DNA of 64,000 nucleotides, from positions 496,001 through 560,000 of the forward strand of contig CATNEN010000041.1 of NCBI GenBank assembly GCA_950097015.1. The letters run 5' to 3'. Made by a program: the position numbers and the translations under genes. Below, one piece after another: positions 40,920 through 51,411 of this stretch. The stretch's first letter is position 1; every line of letters begins with the position of its first letter. The notes below the pieces were generated by a model that made no database searches, was not told the origin of the DNA, and saw only the letters and a list, made by a program, of their open reading frames with translations. Origin of the DNA: Macrostomum hystrix (Eukaryota; Animalia; Platyhelminthes).

Positions 40920-43900
40920 TCAAGCTGAGGACTGCCCAATGCTGTCCCGCTGAAACGAGGGTACAACGCTGAGCACGTAGGCCTCAAGCCGGTCGGCCAT
41001 TTCGCCAACCGTCCAGCGCGGCGAATAGGGCGGTGACTCGAAGCGCTTCTCGAAGGGCGCCCTGACGCCGGTCTTGCGGTGGTGATAGAGCGAGCGCAAG
41101 GTCAGCTGCCACGGCTGGTTGGGGTGGGGGAACTCGCGCGGCAGCTCCACGATCAGCAAAAAGTGGAAGTCGTGCAGCTCGAAGATGAAGCTGGCCCACA
41201 TGAAGTTCTCGGAGTCATACTCGACCAGGGCGCTGCGTGTCGGTTGTTTGAGGTAATTTGTTTGATGTCTGATGTTTGAAGTCGGTTGTTTGAAGGTCGG
41301 TTGTTTGAAGGTCGGTTGTTTGAAGGTCGGTTGTTTGAAGTCTGATGTTTGAGGTCGGTTGTTTGAGGTCTGATGTTTGAAGTCGGTTGTTTGAGGTCTG
41401 ATGTTTGAAGTCGGTTGTTTGAGGTCTGATGTTTGAAGTCGGTTGTTTGAGGTCTGATGTTTGAAGTCGGTTGTTTGAGGTCTGATGTTTGAAGTCGGTT
41501 GTTTGAGGTCTGATGTTTGAAGTCGGATATTTGGGGTCGGTTGTTTGAGGTCTGATGTTTGAGGTCGGTTGTTTGAGGTCGGTTGTTTGAGGTCTGATGT
41601 TTGAGGGCTGTTGTTTGAGGGCTGATGTTTGAAGTCTGATATTTGAGGTCGGTTGTTTGAGGTCTGATGTTTGAGGTCGGTTGTTTGTGGTCTGTTGTTT
41701 GAGGTCGGTTGTTTGAGGTCTGATGTTTGAAGTCGGTTGTTTGAGGTCGGTTGTTTGAGGTGGGTTGTTTGAGTCGAGTGCAAGCAGGGATATCCTCACA
41801 ATTAGAAGGTCAAGATAGAGATAATTAGCTAGTCCGATGGGTCACAGATGTACAGCCAGTGGCCGGGCCGCAGATTTTGTGCGGTGCATCCAAAGGCTGT
41901 GTACAGTTGTTTAGTCCATGGACTGGTGGCCACCAATCTAATAAAGAATTACCACTTAAGTCAACTCCAGTCAATACTTTTACAGCAGGATCAAATGAAG
42001 CCATGGCCAGTGGGGAATGGGCCTCTTGCTCAGGTCGTCTAGGACATAAACTATAGATTTCTCTGAATGATATTCGAACCCATGAACTCCAGCAATGATC
42101 TAAGTATTATAGTACACTTCAAGTTCAAATAATCTGAATGAGGGCATTTTTGTTGCAGGCAATTCATGGACTTTGAAGGTCACACGGGTATAGAAAGCAA
42201 CGAGTAAAGCAACAAGAAACGCATACAACATACTTCTGATGCCGCAGCAGCAGCATGTTGATCAGCTCCTCTCGCTTGCCGCAGCTGTTACTGATGCCTT
42301 GCAACTGCAGGAATATAAACAAAAACATTTTTTAAACCTCTGGATTATAAATTTTCGAACCCAATCCGGCCCAGGACCTTATCGAAGAGAAATTTAGCAG
42401 AAAACTAAATTCTAAGAAAAACCGATAGCGATCGAATAAGTCAAGATAAAAATAGTAGGCAAGCAGACACAACCTTCTCTTAAATCTACTGCTCTGCCTG
42501 TCAGCGATGGTCACATCAGCAGTTTGAAGCCAATCTGTGAAAGAATCCCAGCGATTTTGTGAAGCTTGGATTTTTACCAGACCGCAGTATTTGGGATGGA
42601 ATTTGCAGACTAATGGGATCAAACCCAGGCTTGAGTCCGAGACTCAAACTGTACTCACCCTCTGCTGGAGGTTTTCAAGCAGGCGAGCATAGTAAGCGGC
42701 GAGGCTGCCACAGCTGGCGTCGAAATCAGGGAACTTGATGCTGATCTGATAGTCCTGCAGAAGGCTGCAACGGGAGGGAGGAAGTGAGCGTGAGAGTTCA
42801 CGGCTTCTGAAGAGACAGCGAGAGTCAGATCCACAGCAAATGACACTGTGAGAGTCAGATCCACAGCTAATGACACTGTGAGAGTCAGATCCACAGCTGA
42901 TGACACTGTGAGAGTCAGATACACAGCTAATGACACTGTGAGAGTCAGATCCACAGCTAATGACACTGTGAGAGTCAGATCCACAGCTGATGACACTGTG
43001 AGAGTCAGATCCACAGCTAATGACACTGTGAGAGTCAGATCCACAGCTGATGACACTGTGAGAGTCAGATACACAGCTGATGAGACTGTGAGAGTCAGAT
43101 ACACAGCTGATGACACTGTGAGAGTCAGATCCACAGCTGATGACACTGTGAGAGTCAGATCCACAGCTGATGACACTGTGAGAGTCAGATCCACAGCTGA
43201 TGACACTGTGAGAGTCAGATACACAGCTAATGACACTGTGAGAGTCAGATACACAGCTAATGACACTGTGAGAGTCAGATCCACAGCTGATGACACTGTG
43301 AGAGTCAGATCCACAGCTGATGACACTGTGAGAGTCAGATACACAGCTAATGACACTGTGAGAGTCAGATCCACAGCTGTTGAGACTGTGAGAGTCAGAT
43401 ACACAGCTGTTGAGACTGTGAGAGTCAGATCCACAGCTGTTGAGACTGTGAGAGTCAGTTCCACAGCTGTTGAGACTGTGAGAGTCAGATACACAGCTGT
43501 TGAGACTGTGAGAGTCAGATCCACAGCTGTTGAGACTGTGAGAGTCAGATACACAGCTGCTGAGACTGTGAGAGTCAGATCCACAGCTGCTGAGACTGTG
43601 AGAGTCAGATCCACAGCTGTTGAGACTGTGAGAGTCAGATCCACAGCTGCTGAGACTGTGAGAGTCAGATACACAGCTGCTGAGACTGTGAGAGTCAGAT
43701 CCACAGCTGTTGAGACTGTGAGAGTCAGATCCACAGCTGCTGAGACTGTGAGAGTCAGATACACAGCTGCTGAGACTGTGAGAGTCAGATGCACAGCTGT
43801 TGAGACTGTGAGAGTCAGATGCACAGCTGCTGATCTGAGGTTAATTTGAGCCAGTACTCAGAGGTCCTGTGGCTTTGGCAGCCAGCCTATTAGACTAGGG

Positions 43901-44465
43901 TTCAGAGAGCCGGGCTTTCAGAGCCACTCACTTCTTCAGCGACGGTGTGAGTTTCAGTTCGGCTGGCACGCGGCGGCCGAGCCCCGAGTCGGGGAAGCGC
44001 AGCAGCAGCTGGGCGCACATCTCCTCGTCTGGGTAGCGGCTGAGAAGGGCCGCAGACAGGGCCGCGTATTCAAGGGGCAGTGTCACCTGGCGGGAAGAGG
44101 TTGAGATCAAAAATATAAAAAACAGCTCGTCACACATTCCCATCTCTACTTCAGCACCTGCAGGCTGACTCCGCCGGAGCCGGGCGCGCCATTAGCGAAG
44201 GCCTCCCAATGCAGGTCGCGGAACTCTTTGGCAGCCAGCAGGCCGGACAGCTGCTCAGCCAGGCGGCTGCCAGTCGGCACGGACTCAACCGCCCAACTGT
44301 TGACCTGCTTGAGCAGGTGGCTGAGGACCTGGGTGAGGTAGTCAGAGGGTCCGGTGGAGGCGGCCAGCACCAGGTCGTAGTCCACGCTGGGAACGAAGCC
44401 GCGCAACTCCTCGGAGGTGACGATCACATCCGGAAGGTCGTCCTCATCGCTGAGAATGACCTCGC
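40920..44465 (-). CDS. BABAM2: BRISC/BRCA1-A complex subunit BABAM2 (BRE/BRCC45); further 5' exon(s) probable near 44770-44900
   Basis: Phase-consistent exons 44465-44158, 44086-43932, 42764-42659, 42304-42234 and 41232-40920. The C-terminus, ALVEYDSENF...LPREFP..QP..LTLRSLYH...PYSPRWTVGEMADRLEAY..S.VP.FQ, parallels BRE. Confidence 0.82.
41241..41772 (+). repeat. 14/28-bp minisatellite (GGTCGGTTGTTTGA / GGTCTGATGTTTGA) in the last BABAM2 intron
   Basis: Alternating 14-mers running up to the acceptor. They produce ORFs 40920-41783 (upstream part) and 41215-41799. Confidence 0.9.
42821..43830 (+). repeat. 30-bp minisatellite (AGAGTCAGATCCACAGCTGATGACACTGTG), about 33 copies, in a BABAM2 intron
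   Basis: Two units per 60-nt line. It produces the overlapping ORFs 42655-43824 and 42848-43849. Confidence 0.95.
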
Positions 44466-45644
44466 CTGCCAGGAGCAACAGAAGGCTAGTTGCAAGTGTC
44501 AGAGGCATTATAAATATTGCAATTCTAGTAAAATCCTCTGTGAAATTGCCTTCGTGAAAATTCTTAGAAATCCGATTCCACTTTTATTCTTTTAATATCA
44601 CTTGTCTGTTTAATCTGCTAACTGTTTCTATTATAACAGATGTAGATTATGTGCTCACTTCATTTGCTTTTTCTCACAATAAAATTACATCTAACGTCTC
44701 AGTAACTAAGATGCAGTACTAAGAAAGTGATTGCTCAATGCAGTGCAGTTCCATCACGCCAACTCACAGTGTACAGTAGCACTGGCCCACGATATCTCCA
44801 TGGCCACGGCTGTTGTGTTTGGCGGAATCGGCCAGCCATGAGACCTCAATGGGAAATAAAAATAATTATGGAAGCCACTGTCAATACATGTTTTTCGATG
44901 GAGCCTGTAGCGCAGTCAGAGGTCAGCACTTCTGATTTCTGACCAACAGGTAAAGATGTAAAATGTTTACCAGCATTTGCTGGGGTACAAATTGTGGTGG
45001 GTGTGGCACAGTCCATGGACTGAAGAGCTTGTACAAGGCATTAATAACATGGCTGTTGGGTTGGGTGTACAACACAATGAGAAACCAACTAGTAGTGAAC
45101 TATCTTGAATGTACTTTGTGGATCCCTAAGTGCACCACACATCCACACATACTTCAATGAGAAGGAACCTGGGTTAGGCCCTATTTCACACATTTTAGAG
45201 ACATGCAGTTTGTCTTGCATTTTGTAAGGAAATCCTCTAGCACCAGCTTCACCCCATCAATATTTTTGGCCATATAATATATTGGATCACTCATCACTAT
45301 GGTCAATGCAGTGTTTTGAAAAGCTAGACAAGTGCTAGGTGATGGAGTTTAAATTGTTACAAAAGTTTGTGCAATTGCATTATAATAAAGTGCCTAGTTT
45401 TGACAGAAGAAATGTATAAGCTATTTTCATTGAAATAGCTTATATGCATGTTAGAACAAACCTTTTGTTTCATTTTAAAAATTTTAATACTAAAACTAAT
45501 TATTTATGTTAAAGATATTATTACAATTGAATATGGAAAAATGTTTTAATGCCTATTTTCTAAATATTAAACAACTTTTTTCTAAATGCAGAGTCTATGT
45601 AGCTATCTATAGCTGTATGTCTATGGCTTTTTCTTATGTGGCAT

Positions 45645-45914
45645 CATACATGCGCAACACCCGGCCGACCCGGCCGGGTGAAACGAGGGCCAAGCAAGGT
45701 AAGTCGCAAAAACCAACTGACCAAGCGCAAAAAAATCAAAGGGGGGACCAAGGGACAAAAAAGGAAGGCGTGAAGAAAAGGAAAAAAGGAGAGAAAAAGA
45801 GAGCAAATGAGAGCAAACTAAGTCGCAAATAGAGCAATGAAACAAACTAAGTCGTAAATAGAGCAAAAACTAAGTCGCACGGCCGGCTAAGATTTGGGAG
45901 GTTGCGCATGTATG
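45645..45914. mobile_element. 270-bp MITE with 8-bp TSD (P- or hAT-like)
   Basis: 14-bp TIR CATACATGCGCAAC (45645-45658 and 45901-45914). TSD TGTGGCAT (45637-45644 and 45915-45922). Confidence 0.8.
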
Positions 45915-46330
45915 TGTGGCATTGGCTGTAATAGCACCCATTTCTGTTTTTGTTGATACATTTAAAAGTGAGACATCAGCTAGGTATTAACCCTTTAGCA
46001 TTTGAATTTAGCACTGATTGCTGAAGCATATAGAATACCACAAAGAACACATTATGATACACAAAAAACTATTTACTACTTATCATCATTTATGATAAAT
46101 TATCTTCATAATTATCATACTGTTAAAATTAGTTTCACAAACTTTTGGTTTTGTTATTAAAACTGGATTAGCCAGTGCCTGATTGTTCAATTCACTAACA
46201 ATTATCATTTCCAAAAATGAGAAGTTTCTAATCTTTACTTTGAATTGAAATATATGGGCTTTTTGGCATAGTTTTAAATCGATGTAAGAAAGAAAATGTC
46301 ATATAACATTTAAACAACAGCAAACTTATT

Positions 46331-47839
46331 GGCAATATTTTACTTCCGTTCGTTAAATTATTTTTTCTTTTGAAAATAACAGCTGATGACAAATAAACGT
46401 GTTTAACGGTGTTTAAAGGTAAAGACGGTCAGGAGTGTGGTCAGTAATTATGAAATGGTTAAATTAAATTTGATTTATTTTGTATTATACTCTGAGTTTG
46501 AAAGACTTGTGCTGACGTGGCTGATGTGGCTGATATGTCTATGGTAAAATTGTCAACCCCCGGGGTATAGGACAGGGGGGCTGTGGAGCAGAAATATTTT
46601 TGCTGGAGACTCAAGTTTTCAAGTTTCACTTGTATTCTTCAAGAGCATTCACTATGGCTGGACGACCTGCAGCCCCATTGGCATTTATGCCACTGGATCA
46701 TGTGAATGATGCTGCCGAGCTGTTGAACCTAACGGTCCAGAATTTCAGCATCCGAGACATGTGCATGGCTACTGCTGACGTCCAGGCAACCCTGCGCTGG
46801 CTGGTCCGGTATGGGCTGCTCGCCAACACGATGCAGTGCAATCGTTGCAACGTCGAGATGCGAGTGCAGCGTCGGGAGGGTGACCGGTTCATGGATGGCT
46901 GCTGTTGGAGCTGCCGGATCTGCCACGCCCAGGTATCTGTCTGAAAGGGCTCATTCTGGGAAGGATCCCACTGCACTCTGTCCCAACTGGTCGAGCTGGC
47001 ATACTACTGGTCCATGGGACAACCATCCGCTACCATCCGAGACCAGTGCGACCTGTCCGGCAAGACCGTGGTCGACTGGCAGCAGTTTCTGCGGGACATT
47101 TGCCAACAGTTCCTCCTCGACCATCCCATCCAGCTTGGTGGCCCTGGCGTCGTAGTTGAGGTAGACAAGTCAAAATTCATGCATCGAAAGTACCACCGTG
47201 GAGCCTGGAGGGAGGGCCACTGGGTGCTCGGGATGGTCGAGCGAGGAACTGGGAACTGCATGATGGCCATTGTGGAGGATAGGTCGGCGGCTACCCTGAT
47301 GCCCATCCTGCAGCAACACATTCTGCCTGGGACCCGGATCCTGACCGACGGGTGGCTGGCGTACGCCGGCCTGCAGAATCACGTGTATGTCAACCACCGG
47401 CTCCACTTTGTCGACCCAGCCGATCCTACTGTCCACACGAACACGATCGAGGGCACGTGGGCCCATGCGAAGGCCAAGCTGCGGCAAATGCACGGCACAA
47501 GTGAGGCGCTGTTTGAGAGCCACCTCGAGGAGTTTTTGTGGCGCCGGCTGTATCCACACAACAGCTTCGGTGCCATCCTGTACTGGATCCGCCACTACTA
47601 TCCAGTTTGAGTCCGAGATGACAGCACGAGATGTTGAGATAAGATGAGAACATGAGAGATGACTCCTGACGGTTTCAGAACTGTTTCAGCTTCTGTTTCA
47701 GAACTCCTACCATTTCAAAAATCCTACCGTGTTACCGTTAATTGTTGTTACTGTTAAACACCGTTAAACACGTTTATTTGTCGTCAGCTGTTATTTTCAA
47801 AAGAAAAAATAATTTAACAAACGGAAGTAAAAGATTGCC
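46331..47839 (+). mobile_element. Merlin (IS1595/ISXO2-like) DNA transposon
   Basis: 86-bp TIRs starting GGCAAT (46331-46416 and 47754-47839) and an 8-bp TSD, AACTTATT. It encodes an ISXO2-like transposase. Confidence 0.92.
46654..47610 (+). pseudogene. Merlin transposase with one premature stop
   Basis: ORFs 46600-46944 and 47014-47610 are one frame broken by TGA at 46942-46944. It has an N-terminal CxxC ribbon and the motifs VEVDKSKF, ILTDGWLAY and HTNTIEGTW. Confidence 0.88.
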
Positions 47840-48864
47840 AACTTATTTTTCCCACATTAGATAATTTAATACTAGGACTAGGTTTGCAAAAATGGAAGAT
47901 AAATGGAATATCCTTTCAGGTTAGTTCTAAAGACTCCAAAATGACCAATATTGCTATATGTGTAATTAGGATGTACAAAAAATCTTAGATTATTCATATA
48001 AAAAATAAATTGTTAGTAATTAACAAGTTACTTAACACAGTTTATTTTAACTTAGGGAAATTCCCAATGTGAAATTCTCTAATTTGGAATTCCCAAATCA
48101 AAAGAAACTTACATTGAATCTCTTTTCGAGTCTCCGACCTCATATAATGCTTTTCCAAACTTAAAGTAGTGTAAACCTTCAACTCTGGATTTTGAAATCG
48201 CTGTCTTGTAGTTGTTCAGAAACTTCTCCATTAATAAAAATGTTAGAAGTTGATGCTAAAACAGTAGACCAAGGAAACGAGTTATATTTTGTGCACCAGT
48301 GCTTTGTATTTTACTAGTCACATAGGGCTACTAATTTACGACTTGACCTATTGACAGAAATTGTCTGCAAACCGAGACGAGACATTCGTGAATAAGTTAT
48401 ACTTTAATAGTAGTTTCATAGAAAGAAAGGATTTAAAAATATTTGCGGTATTTTAACGTACAATGATCACGTTGTGCCATAATTTTTAAGAAGGAGTTGA
48501 AAGGTCGAAGCAACATTTTTTACCAAAAGCAGAATTCACAGAAAATGGATTATTTTCTGTGTCACAATTATTCTTTTTGCAGAAAAAAAAGTATGCAAAT
48601 ACTACGAAAGCTGTACAAAGTCGGGCTTTGAGTAGCTAAAACTGTATAGAATTGCTAATTGAGAGCCATTCAGACTGAAAATTATTTGGCCGGTGATGGG
48701 TGGAAATGGAGGCTATTCAGAGAAATTGCTAAGATCTTTTTGGCCCATTTTATACTGTACACACCCAAGTGAAACGCATGGATAATATGTTGGATTTAGA
48801 TTCAGTTGGCCTGGTCTGGTCTGGGTCTGAGTCTGTTAGTCTAGCTTCGGTTTTCTAGGTAGTT

Positions 48865-49161
48865 TTGGCAAACTACGCCCTGAAATGCGCTTGTAATGCC
48901 TTTTTTGCGTGCCGGAGGGCGCATTATATTATGCATTACCCTGCGATTGAAGGTGAAGACCTGAAAAAGTTAGCGCGGTATTTCAATCGACAGGACCCCC
49001 GCAGGCTGATGGAGGATGTCTATTTTAACGTCATTTACTATTTTGACAACCGTGGCCGAGAATGGCTGAGAGATTTGACCTTTGAGTCATTCTCTGAGAG
49101 ACAGCTGGCCAATGGTCGTATTCTCTGGTTCCAGAGGCCAGAGAACCCACAATTGTCCTAG
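48865..49161 (+). mobile_element. Crypton (DUF3504 tyrosine recombinase) fragment
   Basis: HYPAIEGEDLKKLARYFNRQDPRRLMEDVYFNVIYYFDNRGREWLRDL is clearly homologous to the ORF at 57297 (HFEAIDPEDLARLSAYFNRSTPLRLLQEVYYNTAYYFETRGREWLRGL). Confidence 0.75.
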
Positions 49162-51411
49162 AGAAAAACGCGGTAAAGTGTTCTGTCTACTTGTAACGTG
49201 CTTTGAGGCATGACTGCGACATTGACGGCTTTGATTTACCGATTGTTTAAAGTACTACGCTTGTTCGTAATTGGTATCGTTGAACGCCTAAATGTCTATC
49301 ATTGTTGAACTCCAAAGCTACCTGCTTTACAATGCACTTTTGTTTCACGATTTCTGTCTGGAAAAAACCGGGCAGATAATTACATTATCCGCCCGCAATT
49401 TGCGGGCAGTTAATGATGTTTGCACCATAGAGTTGACTTCGACGCATATTTATTGAAAGCAGGCTTTAATGTAGTCTATGGTATTATCGGGCATGCAGGA
49501 TTAAGTGCCCAGAGGGCAAAAAGGTCATGGTACAATAAATACACCCTACTCTTTTGTTGATTAACTTTTGTTTTTGTATAAAATTCGATTTCGTCGTTAA
49601 TGGACGTTTAATGGGCGCATTCTGAGCCACGAATCTATCGCCTATGGTTGGAAAATGTAATATTCCTGCACGAAAACGAGTGCGTCAATGGCAAAAGCAC
49701 GAGTGCGCGAAGCCCGTGCGGATCAGCGTCAATGTCAACTGTCAAGAAGTCACTGGTTGTTGAAGAATCGACCACCACACTTGTAGCAGCCCCCACTAAG
49801 CGGATGAAGATTTTGGCAAACGGCGAAACGAATGTTGTGCAGTTTATTTTCGAGTAAATGCCGAGAGGGGTGTGAGTAGGTCTATAGACTCATTAACTGT
49901 TTCCTTAGTTCCACTTATTATTCTTTTTGTTCTTCCATATTGTTATTGATTACTTATTCAGTTGCTTCTAAAAATAATTTGTTAAATCGTGCAGGAATGA
50001 AGTCATTCCTGCACGATAAGCTAACGTATGTCAAGTGAGTTTCTACCATAGACACAGACATTCCTGCACGATAATAAATCGAAAAAAGCATTCCGGCACG
50101 CTGTGGTCAAACGACAATGGGGTCTCGAAAAGCGAAATTGTGTGTACGCCAAATTTTTTTGGAAGATGAGCAATCTACGAGTACGCTCGTATATTAGTTT
50201 TCGTTCACGCATGGTTCTGATTCAGCTTCTCCTTATATTATATACTAACACTCTTGTCTCGTTTGAGTCGTAGGTGTAAAACTAAATTTAACTTAGCTTA
50301 GATTAGTCTTTAATCTAAGAGCTAGAGAGATGAATAGAGATGGACCAGGTAGACACTGATGATGACGACATCTTTGTTCGCGCTCTCACGCAGCATCCTT
50401 GTTTGTTGGATGAAGGAAGACCCTGAGCCTTGTTGCGAAGAAGACCAAAGTCACAATTCAGGAGGAGATCGAATTGCATCGAGTGCTTTCGGACGTTAAG
50501 AAGATCGAAAAGAAACAGGAAAAGTGTAGGCTATAGACAGACATCATGGAGAACAGACAATAAGAACATGTAAATAGGATTTGCTGACGTTTATGCGCAG
50601 CGAGGACAACCAAGTGTTCAGCAAAGTTCCAGGCAGTGCGGTGCACAACCGGAATCTGCGCATCTTGTCAAGCATGGTCAAGTCTCACCCCCGCGATCTG
50701 ATGCGCAAGTGATGCAAGGAGCCCAAAGTCTACGAGTAAGCCTCTGCGAGCCGACTGCCGAGACGACGAATGATCAAAAGCAGACAGATGGCATCGCTTG
50801 GCTACGCAACTTGCATTACTTGAGCAACTGAAGTATTTTGGGATTTGGGACGGCTGTATGGAGACCGGTGCCTGTATGAGTCAACAAGGAGGTGTGGTTA
50901 CATGGAACTTCTCCAGGCTAGTCCGTGCAACGAATCAGTCACAATTACGATCAGTGCAGTGTAGCGGAACAAGCTTGAAATCGATCGAAACGTTCGAATA
51001 CGTTCAAAGTCATATCGACTTCTTCAGATGGGAAGTATTCTTTGGTTCTTATCGACACCTTATTCGAAGTGGCCTTTTTTTAGACCTTTGAAAACACATG
51101 AAACTGAAAAACCATTTTAAAAGAAGGAAACACACCTCAGATTTTAACTATGATTCGATTCTATGCATTTCTTTATTTTGGTCAGGATTTGATGCTGTAA
51201 GTTATATTTTTATTGCCAATCCTCAAATTACTGATTGCTAATTTTACAAGAACGCTGCTGAGGGTAGAAGATTGACTTCTAGCTAAGGTTTCCAGGAAAT
51301 CGCAGGATCGTTCAGCCACCATTATAAGCGAAGTTCAATAAATATGCTCGTAGAATAAACTAATAAAGAGAGAGCTCTTGTTACTGATCTCGATGACATG
51401 ATGCGGGTGTA

